DNA of 64,000 nt from Chlamydia trachomatis (GCA_945872565.1 CAMBZN010000002.1:71556-135555), one strand, 5' to 3'. Positions 17,998-28,792 are shown, counted from the first letter of the stretch. Made by a program: numbers and translations. The notes: generated by a model not told the origin, from the letters alone.

Positions 17998-20900
17998 ATG
18001 GATTTATGGAATAGGAAGATCTTTATTGCACTTACAACCCTTGCTTTTTACCCCTTAAATTTACAAGGAGAATCAATTGCGCCCGCACCTACTGTGGAGC
18101 TTAATTCTCTAGATTTAGTTCCACTTACATTTAAGATCCCACGGATCGATGCTTCTAACACTCTTTCTTCTTTTGTTTCCTTTGATGAGTTACTTATCGC
18201 ACATGTTATCCTTCTCCCCGATCAAGCCCCCCCACTCTCTTGGGAGGTTAAAAATAAAAAAAAACAATTACCTTATCCTTTGATCTCCTCTGAAATTAAA
18301 ATAGAAAAGTTCAAGGAAGAAGGGCCCCGCCCCAGCCCATCTGCAAGCGCTCAATCTACAAGGGAGAACTATTTTGAAAAGAATTTTTTTGATGATCTTA
18401 TAGGAAATCTAGAAAAAAGAAGACAGACCCAAGATATAAAAGCCCTTTTTTATCCCCATGATCAAGTGAATAATACAAGCGTTCTTCAAGACAAATTACA
18501 CTCTTCACTAGAATTTAAAGTTCTTACCTTTGCAAACAATCGAAGTTTCGCAACAGCCGTCCCTGCAGCAGAGCAGGCAACTATCAAGACATTGAAACTT
18601 ACCCCCCCATCGATAAAAAGAAATCCTGCTTTTTTATCCAAGCATCAAAGCCCGCCTTTAGAAGAAAAAATGGCTATCAACCGTGAATCTTTGACCAAAC
18701 AAAAGGGTCTATCACCCCTTTGTCAGAAGCAAACAAGCCAGTCTATCAGTTTAGAAGAACTAGTTATTCCTCAGTTTTCAACAAAAAATTCAAATATTTA
18801 CACTTTTCTTCCAGGGGTTTGCATTGAAAATGTTTCTTTTGAACAAAATCCGTTTATTTGTATTGAAAAGCCTTCTATGAAAATGCACAGCAGCTCCTTG
18901 GACATTGCCGTTACCTTTTTGCCAGCCTCACTTATAGTAAAAAAGGTCGATCAAAACATCACCCCATCTCCTATTGCATTAGATAACAAGTTGCTAATCT
19001 ATCCTCTATACATAAAAGAACATCCCAGAAATTCCGCTGCATTAGAAAATAGCCATTTTATTTCCCATTCCGAGCAAGACTCCACCCCTTACTTCATTAT
19101 AAATTCAGTTTCACCTCAAAAGCATTGTATTGAAAAAAGCACCGCTATTTACCCATCTTATGCAGAGCTTAACCCCGTAGACTTACCCCCGTTAGATAAA
19201 AATGAATCCATTCAAATAACCCCCACACCACTTGATGAAATTACCGTTACATCAGATAGGATTTTTTTATCCCTTCACTTAATAAAAAATGCTACTCCCC
19301 ATGAATTCATTCCAAACGATCTTATTCCCATCTCAGGGGATGAACTGATAGAAATACGGACCTATGCATCTGTGAAAAATTCTACCCTTGTCAGTCAAAA
19401 AGAATTAAATGAGCTACCTATACTATTAAACTGTGAATGTATTACTCAAAGTGAGGCCCCAAGTCTTTCATATTTGGAAAAAAAACTACTTCCAAAAAAC
19501 GAGCTAATCAACAAAAACACCCCCCTATCTTTTCACATACGAAGTGTCGATCAAAAAAATCCTATCCAAGGGGCTCTTGCTTTTTATCCTCTCAATCAAG
19601 ATGAAAATATTGCACTTGCTCAACCAACATTTGGCAGATTAGGAGAAAATGCCCCTGCAGTGTTTTCAAAAGCTATTCCAAACTACACAAATGAAACTGA
19701 TGGGATCTATTTTTTTGAAAATATTTTATCTACTAATGATCATTCAACATTGAAACGATTACCTCTTGCGGTTAATCTTTCCCTCCCTTTTAAGCAAATC
19801 CATTCCAGCCAAATTAACTCAAACCTACAACCAAAAAAAGTAAACACTAAACATTCATTTAAACCGGCAGTCTCTGCTATTTTTTTTACCCATCAAATGG
19901 GTATACTGGACCAGGCACTGTTAGCAAAAAAACAGGCAACGGGCAGTACAACTTCTGTTAATTACAGCAAAGAAGAGGAGCTTGCTCTCATCAGCGAGAG
20001 TTTGAAAGTAGGTCCTCTTCTTCAAGCTCAAACCCCCTATCAGTCAAAAAACGTCTCTTTGCAAAACGAGCTTTCTATTAACAAGGCTGAGTTCAAAGGG
20101 GATATTACTCTACCAAAACTTCTAACAATTAACGATGAAAATTCATTTTTTTTAAATCCAATGCTCTCATTGATAGATTCCACAGCATTTGCTGAAGACT
20201 ACACACAGTTTGGTGAACCCTCTATAGTGAATAGAAATAACAGAATGACTCAAAGCTGGCTATTTAACCAACCCTCTTTAGTTGAATTAAATACTGATTC
20301 TCTTCCAGAGGCATTTAATATTGAAACAAGGCTCCTTTCAGGGGACGCTCTAACTGATAATGATTTTGCCTGTATCTTAAAAACTTCAGAAAAAAATGTT
20401 TTCGATCCTTTGCCTGTGCATATCTTATACATCCTAGACACCTCCACATCGATCGAACCCCATCGATTTAAAACCTTCAAAGAGGCAATTATCTCATCCT
20501 TAGATCAATTAGATTCCAGCTCAACTTTCAATATTGCCATCTTTTCCCGAGGGAAAGTGGAGATGCTTCATGAAAAGAACCCTCATCCTACCACTAGTTC
20601 CAAAGGATACGCAAAAAGATACTTGAAAAAAGTAACACAAACAGCTCAAACTTCATTCAAAGATCTTATCTCTCTTCTAGAAAGGGAAAAAACCCTTGCC
20701 TCTGAAGAATTCACTCATCGATCTTGCCTTATTCTCTCTGATGGAAAATTTGCAAGCAACATCAGAATCGATAGAAAATCATTAGATAGTTTATCAAAAA
20801 TAGATGCGGGTAATTTCTCTATTTATACCGCATCTGTAAGTGACAGCAATAACAACGCCATGCTCTCTTTACTTGCAAAACTAAATCACGGATTTTCTCT

Positions 20901-21324
20901 TTATACTCGCACCCATGCGTCGTTTTCTCGTAAATTCTCCACCCTGTTAAAGCACATCAAACACCCCCTAATCCATGATGTAATGATTTCTTTTCCCGAT
21001 GATGACGGCGCTTTAGCTTATATTTCAGATCAGGTGAGCCCTGTGCTTCTTGCTGATAAAGAGTTCACTTTTTATGGCCATAGTAAAGAAAAAAAACGTT
21101 CCAGAGTCTTTATTCAGGGTCGCTCTGGAAATCGATGGGTCAATATTTTAAAAGAATTACCATTAGATTCGGCTCGCAAGGGAAGAGCCCCCCTTAAAAA
21201 GAAACTTGTCGGACAAAAAAGTGTCTTATCCCTTCAATCATTTGTTGATACAAAAGATGAAAGCTACCTACTTAAAGCGCAAGAGCTCGGATTTGAGTAT
21301 AACCTATCCCTTCCAGTACCTTAA
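17998..21324 (+). CDS. 1108-aa secreted protein with a C-terminal von Willebrand factor A (vWA) domain
   Basis: Signal peptide 'IFIALTTLAFYPLNLQG'. MIDAS 'LYILDTSTS' at 20437-20451 followed by 'FNIAIFS...' and 'LILSDG', typical of vWA. Starts 23 bp after the TPR gene. Confidence 0.65.
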   Translation: MDLWNRKIFIALTTLAFYPLNLQGESIAPAPTVELNSLDLVPLTFKIPRIDASNTLSSFVSFDELLIAHVILLPDQAPPLSWEVKNKKKQLPYPLISSEIKIEKFKEEGPRPSPSASAQSTRENYFEKNFFDDLIGNLEKRRQTQDIKALFYPHDQVNNTSVLQDKLHSSLEFKVLTFANNRSFATAVPAAEQATIKTLKLTPPSIKRNPAFLSKHQSPPLEEKMAINRESLTKQKGLSPLCQKQTSQSISLEELVIPQFSTKNSNIYTFLPGVCIENVSFEQNPFICIEKPSMKMHSSSLDIAVTFLPASLIVKKVDQNITPSPIALDNKLLIYPLYIKEHPRNSAALENSHFISHSEQDSTPYFIINSVSPQKHCIEKSTAIYPSYAELNPVDLPPLDKNESIQITPTPLDEITVTSDRIFLSLHLIKNATPHEFIPNDLIPISGDELIEIRTYASVKNSTLVSQKELNELPILLNCECITQSEAPSLSYLEKKLLPKNELINKNTPLSFHIRSVDQKNPIQGALAFYPLNQDENIALAQPTFGRLGENAPAVFSKAIPNYTNETDGIYFFENILSTNDHSTLKRLPLAVNLSLPFKQIHSSQINSNLQPKKVNTKHSFKPAVSAIFFTHQMGILDQALLAKKQATGSTTSVNYSKEEELALISESLKVGPLLQAQTPYQSKNVSLQNELSINKAEFKGDITLPKLLTINDENSFFLNPMLSLIDSTAFAEDYTQFGEPSIVNRNNRMTQSWLFNQPSLVELNTDSLPEAFNIETRLLSGDALTDNDFACILKTSEKNVFDPLPVHILYILDTSTSIEPHRFKTFKEAIISSLDQLDSSSTFNIAIFSRGKVEMLHEKNPHPTTSSKGYAKRYLKKVTQTAQTSFKDLISLLEREKTLASEEFTHRSCLILSDGKFASNIRIDRKSLDSLSKIDAGNFSIYTASVSDSNNNAMLSLLAKLNHGFSLYTRTHASFSRKFSTLLKHIKHPLIHDVMISFPDDDGALAYISDQVSPVLLADKEFTFYGHSKEKKRSRVFIQGRSGNRWVNILKELPLDSARKGRAPLKKKLVGQKSVLSLQSFVDTKDESYLLKAQELGFEYNLSLPVP

Positions 21325-21363
21325 ATAGTAGAAAAAAAGCTCCTTGAATGATACACTATTTTT

Positions 21364-21933
21364 ATGATTCGTATTTCTGGTGGGGAATTTAAGGGAAAAT
21401 CGATTAAAATCCCCAAAACAGTGCTTACAAGACCCTCTACTTCCTATTCAAGGAAAGTGATTTTCGATACCCTTATGGGACAAATGTTCAACGCAACAGT
21501 TCTTGACCTATTTGGTGGTTCTGGATCCCTTGGTATAGAAGCACTAAGCAGAGGGGCAAAATGTGCTATCTTTAATGACTTGGGTAAAGCTCAAATATCT
21601 ATAATAAAAGAAAATCTAGCAAGTTTGGGTCTACTTTCAAAAAGTACACTCATTCAAAAAGATGCAATGAAAACTCTCAAAGAATGGTCACATGAAAAAA
21701 TTGATGTTCTCTTTCTTGACCCTCCCTACTCTATGAATATTAATCAAATATGTGAAATTCTTACTTTGATTGAGCAAAAACAGATTTTACAACCAGGCGG
21801 AGTCATCTGCTTAGAAATTCATTCAAGCAATCTTGAAATGATACAAAAACTCCCCTTTTCTTCCCTTAAAATTACTAAAGAGAAGAAAAAGGGGAGTACA
21901 ACGCTCTTATTTATCGGATGTTTGTCTGCCTAG
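21364..21933 (+). CDS. rsmD: 16S rRNA (guanine966-N2)-methyltransferase RsmD
   Basis: 'RISGGEFKGKSIKIP...RPSTS', 'VLDLFGGSGSLGIEALSRGA', 'LFLDPPY'. Confidence 0.85.
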   Translation: MIRISGGEFKGKSIKIPKTVLTRPSTSYSRKVIFDTLMGQMFNATVLDLFGGSGSLGIEALSRGAKCAIFNDLGKAQISIIKENLASLGLLSKSTLIQKDAMKTLKEWSHEKIDVLFLDPPYSMNINQICEILTLIEQKQILQPGGVICLEIHSSNLEMIQKLPFSSLKITKEKKKGSTTLLFIGCLSA

Positions 21934-22331
21934 CACTGCTTATCAGCTGATGCCTTCTTTTTCATGGAATAAGATAAAGAACCACCGGCAACAAGTCCAA
22001 CTAATGCAAAAATCAATACTGGAACAAATATTCCAATAATAACCATTACAACCCCTATCACTATCAATATAATTTTATCTTTATAGATAAAATCCAGTGC
22101 TTTTGAAATCCATCCCATCATAGAACATGAAATTAATGCCCCTACAATTCCAAAAATCATACATAGAATAATAGACCAAACCATCATTGCCCCACCCCAG
22201 ATCAATGTGAATACTCCAGTGACTAAAAATATCACTGCAAGCCCTATCTCTGAAGCAAATCGCTTGGCTGTTCCCTCTAACTCCGAAACAGTAAAGCCCT
22301 TTTTGTTTTTCTTACTTTCATTATTTTCCAC
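21930..22331 (-). CDS. Small integral membrane protein (four hydrophobic segments in two pairs)
   Basis: 133 aa, nearly all hydrophobic after a short charged N-terminus. No family recognised. Confidence 0.5.
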   Translation of the reverse strand: MENNESKKNKKGFTVSELEGTAKRFASEIGLAVIFLVTGVFTLIWGGAMMVWSIILCMIFGIVGALISCSMMGWISKALDFIYKDKIILIVIGVVMVIIGIFVPVLIFALVGLVAGGSLSYSMKKKASADKQC

Positions 22332-22443
22332 AATACACCTCTATTCCTTCGTATAATAATTACATTAATTTTACACTATCGTTTATATTATCATTTAATT
22401 AGTTTTTAATATTTATTCAATCTGTTTTTTATCTCACAATTGA

Positions 22444-22472
22444 TTTACAAAAAACAAATGGTTCATTATACT
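22444..22472 (+). promoter_or_regulatory. Sigma-70/66-like promoter candidate for the T2SS operon
   Basis: TTTACA-N17-TATACT in the AT-rich divergent intergenic region, about 30 nt upstream of the 22504 start. Confidence 0.45.
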
Positions 22473-22503
22473 ACGTTCTGAAATAATTAAAAATTGGATC
22501 TAT

Positions 22504-23739
22504 ATGATTGTTAGCAGCATGCGCTACAGAACCTGGGAGAAGACCATGAGACTTAGCTCTTATTTTTTTCTTGCAACAACAGTCCTTTCTCCATTTTTGG
22601 CAGTACTCTTGCCCCTATTCGATACGGATTTTGACGTTCCTTTTGTCAAAAAAAAACTTTCAACCCTTTCAAAAAGCGCAAAAGCCCCCTCCTCTTTAAA
22701 GCAAGGAACAACTCACTCTTTACCAATGACTAATCATTTGCACTACGTTCCTAGTCCAGACATTGCAAAGCACCTTCAGTTTGTTTCCTACAATGATAGA
22801 CCTGATCAGGGGGAGCCGAAGGATAGATTCATTAACATTGCCTCCTCCGACAACTCCATTCTTACTAAATTGAATGAAGTGATCTTTTTTAAGTGTTTGG
22901 AATCAAATAAAATTCTCTTTACTAATGAGATCACCCCCTACTCTATTACCCCAGTTATTGTACAAGATGATTCGCTATGGGTTAATTTCGACGTTGTGTA
23001 TAAAAACAAAGAGAACAAAACGATCTATCACGCAAGTGAATCTATCCCTCTTGTTAAATCCGCTGTTACATCAGACAAAGAATTCCAATCAGTGAGCGGT
23101 ACCCTTGGATCTGCAAAATTTTTCACCTCTGATAAACTGATCTCACTAATGGGAGGAACAGAGTTTTCCAGGTCAAAAGACTTATCAAGAATCTATTTTA
23201 GCTCAAATTCTATAGATCCAATGATTTCTGTAAAAGAGCAGGATCAATTCTCTTATGAAAACGGCAATTGGATAAAAAATAGTAAAGAGACCAAAGGTAA
23301 GCCATTATTTCTTGTCGACTCAGTTCAAACTAATCAAGTTACAGGGACACTTTGGAGCTTTGATGGATTTAATAAGACCAAAATCACGATCCCATTGCAT
23401 AAAGAAGTAAGCTCAAAAGTACAAGGTTTTACATTTGATACTGTGTATAAGAGAAATAACGAATCTGTGATTTGTAAGCTTGACGGAAGAACCTATATCC
23501 TTAAGCCCAATGATTGGCTTGTAAAAAAACATAAAACCTGGAACCAAGTAGAAACTCTGCAGGAATTTAATGACATTATCGATTTTAAAAATTTAAATGA
23601 AGTGATCATTTTTGATCATATTGAAAAAAGTGGGGACGGTGAAGACTTTATAGGATATATATTTGATGAAACACGGTCAAATTTCAAGAAACTAAAAATT
23701 CCACTTAAAAAAAACGCAACATCAAGGTATAGTAAATAA
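22504..23739 (+). CDS. Membrane-anchored hypothetical protein in the GspC position (immediately upstream of gspD)
   Basis: N-terminal TM 'YFFLATTVLSPFLAVLLPLF'. 20-bp gap to gspD. No PDZ or HR domain recognisable by eye. Confidence 0.55.
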   Translation: MIVSSMRYRTWEKTMRLSSYFFLATTVLSPFLAVLLPLFDTDFDVPFVKKKLSTLSKSAKAPSSLKQGTTHSLPMTNHLHYVPSPDIAKHLQFVSYNDRPDQGEPKDRFINIASSDNSILTKLNEVIFFKCLESNKILFTNEITPYSITPVIVQDDSLWVNFDVVYKNKENKTIYHASESIPLVKSAVTSDKEFQSVSGTLGSAKFFTSDKLISLMGGTEFSRSKDLSRIYFSSNSIDPMISVKEQDQFSYENGNWIKNSKETKGKPLFLVDSVQTNQVTGTLWSFDGFNKTKITIPLHKEVSSKVQGFTFDTVYKRNNESVICKLDGRTYILKPNDWLVKKHKTWNQVETLQEFNDIIDFKNLNEVIIFDHIEKSGDGEDFIGYIFDETRSNFKKLKIPLKKNATSRYSK

Positions 23740-23759
23740 AGGTTACTCAAAGGTTTTAA

Positions 23760-26105
23760 TTGTTCAAAAGCTTTCTTACATCTCTTTTTCCGCTACTTTT
23801 TCTTTCAAATTGTTTTGCTTACACAATTGAAGAAAAGCGTGCAGGCATGCTTGAAAAAGCAAGCAATGGCGAGGTTTCCAGCTATCAAGCTCAGAACAAC
23901 TCAATAAAAGATTTATATAAAAATCTTGAATCCGAGTACCAAGCGGCGGCTCATGCTATCTCTGAAAGTGGTGATGGAGCCGCATTTGAAAGATCCCGAG
24001 AGAAAATTCTTGGATTACAAGAGGAACTTTTAGACATAGAAAATGCCTGGAAGTCTTCCCAGTCAGCCGATTACAGTGCAGGGGCTGATAGTTCTGGAAT
24101 ATGGGACCTTGGGGAAATACCTATTTCGAAATTAATCCTTGAATATGGAAGTTGTGAATCCTTATACATTATTCCACCTGAAATTGCCTCTTTAAAAATC
24201 TCTATTCATAGTCTTTTGACCATTCCTAAAGAGAGCTGGCCGGCGATGATTGAACTTGTCCTTACTCATAATAACATCGGGGTAAAAAAGCTCAATCCTT
24301 TTGCAAAACAACTTTATCTTTTAAAAGAAGATTTTACAAATGTTGAGGTCATCACTTCTGATGTCGCTCATCTTGATGCAATAGATGAAAATAGTCGAAT
24401 AATTTTTATCTATACCCCCCCTATTGAAAATATTAAGACTTCTTTTTACTTTTTAGATAAGTTTAAAAATCCAAAAAATACCTATATTTATCAAGTGGGT
24501 GCAAAAGTAGCAATCGTTGGTCTTGCAAGAGACATTTCCAAACTCATTACCCTTGCTGAAAATGTCTGGGATAAAAATGATCAGCGTGTTTCAAAGATCC
24601 TTTCCCCTCAAAAAATCTCCGCTGATGATGCAGTAAAGCTATTAAGCTCCTACTTTGGGGGATTAACTGATTATTCAAAACCTATGGTATCTATGAAGGG
24701 GGGCAATGGTCTTTCTGCCTTTGCTTTAAAAGGGGAAAATAGTCTCATTCTTATTGGTTCAGCAGAGATTGTCGATCAGGCAGAGTCATTATTGCGCTCA
24801 ACAGAGTGTCAGGTAGATGATCCTTCTGAAGTTACAATGTACTGGCATAACTGTAGTCATGCAAAACCAGAGGTGCTGGCTGAGCTTCTTTCGAAAGTTT
24901 ACTTAGCATTACAATCCACTGAGATTACTAACTCCTCCTCTGCAATGTCAGCATCTGTTACCCCCATACAAAAGGCCCCCAACGCTCAGATGGGAAATCC
25001 TCCAACTCAGGGTTATACTCCTCAAAATCAAATTGCTTCGATTCAAAAGCAAAACGATAGAACTAAAGCTGCCTCAGAGCATTTCTTCCCTTTTCCAGCC
25101 TCACATTCATTATTAATTGTGGTGAGAAGAGATACCCTTCCCAAGATTAAAGAAATTCTTAAAAAGCTCGATACGCCGAAAAAAATGGTAGAAATTGAAG
25201 TTTTACTTTGCGAACGAAGGGTGGGAAGTAGCTCTAAAAGTGGCATCAACCTCTTAAAAATGGGCGATGCCTCTTCCAATACCAATGAAGGCTCATTTGG
25301 ATATGATGGAACTAAATCCGGCGGCGGCATCATGGATTTTATACTAAAAACGACTTCAAATTGTACAACAAATCTTTTTGGCGGCGCTGTAAAGTCTATC
25401 CCTGCCATTGATTTAAGCTACAGCTTTTTACTCTCACAAGAAAATGTAATGGTCACAGCATCCCCATCAACAACCACTTTGAATCAGATGCCCACAACTT
25501 TATCCATAACCGATCAAATCTCCATCAATAATGGCGCTGTAATCAAGGAAAAAGAGGCCGTCTCAAGTTACACAAGAGAAGATTTTGGTATCACTTTAAC
25601 TCTTACCCCTACCATTCATGAGCCAGAGGGTGATGACTTAACCGGCCAGCAATACATCACTTTGGAAAATGATATTCAGTTTGATACCATTCAATCCAGC
25701 ACAAATGATAGACCAAGTGTTCATAAAAGACACATTACAAACACAGTACGAATTCCAGATGGTCAGACAGTGATCATAGGTGGATTGCGATCTTCAAAAG
25801 TAGAAGAGTTGGAATATAAAATACCATTCCTAGGAGAAATTCCGGGATTTGCTAAAATTTTTGGTTCTAGCAAAACAAGTAATTCAAATAATGAGATGTT
25901 TATTTTCATTAAGCCCCGAGTGATTAAGGATCCTTCCACTGATTTAATACGCATAAGAGAGAATCGCCTGAAAAAGAGACATGGCGATATTGATGAAATT
26001 CTAACAAAAATCAATGAATCTAGAAAAAATGGAGAGGTCAAAAGGCTACGAAAAAGTCTAGATTTGATTTATGGAAGTGGAATTAGCTATGAACAAAACC
26101 TTTAA
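23760..26105 (+). CDS. gspD: Type II secretion system secretin GspD
   Basis: Signal peptide. C-terminal secretin motif 'VRIPDGQTVIIGGL...KIPFLGEIPGFAKIFG...EMFIFIKPRVI'. TTG start as in the ORF track. Confidence 0.88.
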   Translation: MFKSFLTSLFPLLFLSNCFAYTIEEKRAGMLEKASNGEVSSYQAQNNSIKDLYKNLESEYQAAAHAISESGDGAAFERSREKILGLQEELLDIENAWKSSQSADYSAGADSSGIWDLGEIPISKLILEYGSCESLYIIPPEIASLKISIHSLLTIPKESWPAMIELVLTHNNIGVKKLNPFAKQLYLLKEDFTNVEVITSDVAHLDAIDENSRIIFIYTPPIENIKTSFYFLDKFKNPKNTYIYQVGAKVAIVGLARDISKLITLAENVWDKNDQRVSKILSPQKISADDAVKLLSSYFGGLTDYSKPMVSMKGGNGLSAFALKGENSLILIGSAEIVDQAESLLRSTECQVDDPSEVTMYWHNCSHAKPEVLAELLSKVYLALQSTEITNSSSAMSASVTPIQKAPNAQMGNPPTQGYTPQNQIASIQKQNDRTKAASEHFFPFPASHSLLIVVRRDTLPKIKEILKKLDTPKKMVEIEVLLCERRVGSSSKSGINLLKMGDASSNTNEGSFGYDGTKSGGGIMDFILKTTSNCTTNLFGGAVKSIPAIDLSYSFLLSQENVMVTASPSTTTLNQMPTTLSITDQISINNGAVIKEKEAVSSYTREDFGITLTLTPTIHEPEGDDLTGQQYITLENDIQFDTIQSSTNDRPSVHKRHITNTVRIPDGQTVIIGGLRSSKVEELEYKIPFLGEIPGFAKIFGSSKTSNSNNEMFIFIKPRVIKDPSTDLIRIRENRLKKRHGDIDEILTKINESRKNGEVKRLRKSLDLIYGSGISYEQNL

Positions 26106-27603
26106 ACCTCAGTCGCTCCCACCAAAAGAATGGGCAAAAGCAATTGGGATAGAGTTTGTAGACGACTTTTCACCCTACGAATACATTCAGGAAAAAAAAG
26201 CCCTCCTCCCTTACGATTTTGCAAGTAAACATTGTATGATCGCATTAGGATTTGAAGACGGAAGAATCGTCGTTGCAGTTTCTAATCCTTATGCATTAGA
26301 AGAATTAAAGGAGGCTCGGTTTTTACTAAAAGCCCCCTTAAAAGAGGTGCTCTCCCCGGGAGAATCGATTGAAAAGGAAATTGAAACGTTATATTTCAAG
26401 GACGAGCAGTCTGGTTATCATGAAAATATCAATGAGCAGACCTCTTATCTTCCCTTAAATTTAGACAAAGAATACGATCTTTTAAAGGAAAATAATAACT
26501 CCTCTGTAGTCTCGCTACTAAACAACATCCTTATCGAGGCACTAAGAGCTGCGGCCTCAGACATTCATTTTGAACCCACAGACACCCATTTGCTAGTAAA
26601 ATTTCGTGTAGATGGAATGTTGTTTACTAAACATAGCCTTCCAAAGCACATCGAGAGCCAGATCATCACCCGGCTAAAGGTGCAGGCGGAATTAGATATT
26701 GCCGAATCTAGGATGCCTCAAGACGGCCGCATCAAACTAAGAATGGGTCCAAGAGAAATTGATTTCCGACTAAGCACTGTTCCTGTAATTTTTGGGGAAA
26801 GGGTTGTATTAAGAATTTCAGATAACAACACTGTTTTATTAGGACTTGATAACCTCGACCTAAAAGATGAGCTTTTGGCAAGTCTTAAAAAAGATATCAA
26901 TCGAAGACAAGGGATCATTCTAGTAACTGGTCCAACAGGTAGTGGTAAAACAAGAACTCTCTATAGCGCTCTAACTGAAATTTCTGGGGGTGATCTAAAT
27001 ATCATGACTATTGAGGATCCAGTAGAGAATAAACTTTCGGGAATGGCGCAAATCAACACAAATCACAAAAGAGGGTTAACCTTTGCAAAAGGGTTAAAGC
27101 ACATCCTCCGTCAAGACCCTGATGTAATCATGATTGGTGAAATTAGGGATAAAGAGACTGTTGACATTGCAATAGAGGCATCCCTAACAGGTCACCTTGT
27201 TTTTTCAACGCTACATACTAATGACGCCCCTTCTACCATCATAAGATTAATTGATATGGGTGTGGAGCCCTATCTAATCTCTTCTTCATTAATTTCCATT
27301 TGTTCACAAAGATTAGTTCGCATGGTTTGCACAAAGTGCAAAAACACCTCACCTGCAAAGGATCTGTGCACTAATTGCCTAGGATCAGGCTACAAGGGGC
27401 GCAGGGCAATATATGAATACCTTTCCATCACTGATGTTATGAAAAGGGCAATCACAGGAACTGTTGATGCAATGACTCTTATGCAGGTAGCAAAAGCAGA
27501 AGGGATGAAAACCCTTTTTGAAGATGGTCTTTCTTATGTGGATAAGGCAGTTACTACCCTTGATGAAATTAGACGTGTAACTTCTTCACCTGAGGAGAAT
27601 TAA
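26089..27603 (+). CDS. gspE: Type II secretion ATPase GspE
   Basis: Walker A 'GPTGSGKT', 'ILRQDPDVIMIGEIRD', 'TGHLVFSTLHTNDA', tetra-Cys 'CTKCK...CTNC'. I prefer the ATG at 26089 (GGAAGTGGA upstream). The ORF track starts at 26071. Confidence 0.92.
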   Translation: MNKTFKPQSLPPKEWAKAIGIEFVDDFSPYEYIQEKKALLPYDFASKHCMIALGFEDGRIVVAVSNPYALEELKEARFLLKAPLKEVLSPGESIEKEIETLYFKDEQSGYHENINEQTSYLPLNLDKEYDLLKENNNSSVVSLLNNILIEALRAAASDIHFEPTDTHLLVKFRVDGMLFTKHSLPKHIESQIITRLKVQAELDIAESRMPQDGRIKLRMGPREIDFRLSTVPVIFGERVVLRISDNNTVLLGLDNLDLKDELLASLKKDINRRQGIILVTGPTGSGKTRTLYSALTEISGGDLNIMTIEDPVENKLSGMAQINTNHKRGLTFAKGLKHILRQDPDVIMIGEIRDKETVDIAIEASLTGHLVFSTLHTNDAPSTIIRLIDMGVEPYLISSSLISICSQRLVRMVCTKCKNTSPAKDLCTNCLGSGYKGRRAIYEYLSITDVMKRAITGTVDAMTLMQVAKAEGMKTLFEDGLSYVDKAVTTLDEIRRVTSSPEEN

Positions 27604-28782
27604 GTGGCAGTATTTCGCTATAAAGAGCTTAATTCAAAAAATAAAGAGTTTCGATTTATCGATGCAGAAAATCTCGAGCACGCTAAAAAAAAGCTTAATG
27701 AATGTAAAATCCTTGCTACGAAAATTTCAGAGCAAACCTCTTTTAGAAGTAAGTTTACTGTAAACAAAAAAACAATTCTCTCAATCACCAAAGATTTATA
27801 CTACCTACTTCACTCTAACCTCCCCCTATATGAGAGTTTGTTGACTCTTGAAGATAAATATAAGAACACAAAAGCCTACCCAATGGTTTTAGACCTTACC
27901 GACAGTGTCAAATATGGAAAATCTTTATCAACTATCCTATCCCAGTACACATGTTGCTTTACCCCAATCTATGCGTCTATGATACGATCTGCAGAGCAAA
28001 GCGGACGTCTTGACAAGGCATTTTTCGAACTCTCTGCTATGCTCGAATCCGATGAGCAATGGAATAAAAAAATTAGGAGCACCCTTTTATACCCTTGCTT
28101 CTTACTCCTATTTTCCTTTGTTATTTTACTTGGGCTATTTCTTTTTATCATCCCTTCAATGAAAGAATTATTTGAAGGAAGGGAGCTTCACCCCCTTACT
28201 AGCGCTGTATTATCTGTTAGTAACTTCATGTGCGCATATTTATATTATTTAGCCGCCATTTTTGCAGCCTCTATTGCCGCCGTTATTTTATCTATTAAAA
28301 ACCAGTTGATCAAGCAATCTATAAAAAAAATTGTATATAAAATTCGTATTATTAAGGATCTTACTACAAAAATTTCTATTGTCCGGTTCACAACTAGTAT
28401 GTATAACCTACTAGAAAGTACAGTTCCGATTCTTACCGCACTAGAACTTTCTAAAGGGGCTTTGCAACACCCCTACCTTGAAGAGGATTTAGATAGGGTT
28501 ATTGCGCAGGTAAGGCAAGGAGAAAAATTTTCAAAAGCAATAGGAATTTCTAAACATTTTCCTATGCTTGTATCAAAAATGATCTCTACCGGAGAGCATG
28601 CTGGATCGTTATCCCCAATTTTGCGCCATATTACCGCTCTTTTTCACGAAGAAGTGAAAACAGCACTTGAAAAATTTACCGCTTTATTGCAACCTATTCT
28701 ACTACTTCTCATTGGGATTATTGTAGGGGTTGTTTTGCTAGCTGTTTTAATCCCTTTAACAGATGTTTCAAGTTTACTATAG
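27604..28782 (+). CDS. gspF: Type II secretion inner-membrane platform protein GspF
   Basis: 392 aa, duplicated GspF/PilC architecture with 3 TM segments. GTG start directly after the gspE stop. Confidence 0.85.
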   Translation: MAVFRYKELNSKNKEFRFIDAENLEHAKKKLNECKILATKISEQTSFRSKFTVNKKTILSITKDLYYLLHSNLPLYESLLTLEDKYKNTKAYPMVLDLTDSVKYGKSLSTILSQYTCCFTPIYASMIRSAEQSGRLDKAFFELSAMLESDEQWNKKIRSTLLYPCFLLLFSFVILLGLFLFIIPSMKELFEGRELHPLTSAVLSVSNFMCAYLYYLAAIFAASIAAVILSIKNQLIKQSIKKIVYKIRIIKDLTTKISIVRFTTSMYNLLESTVPILTALELSKGALQHPYLEEDLDRVIAQVRQGEKFSKAIGISKHFPMLVSKMISTGEHAGSLSPILRHITALFHEEVKTALEKFTALLQPILLLLIGIIVGVVLLAVLIPLTDVSSLL

Positions 28783-28792
28783 GAATAATTAG

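Noticed and set aside
25043-25408. 121-aa minus-strand ORF inside gspD (and 25763-26041, 26718-26918, 27969-28151, 28879-29103 inside other gsp genes)
   Set aside because: These are antisense to motif-confirmed T2SS genes and have no independent support.
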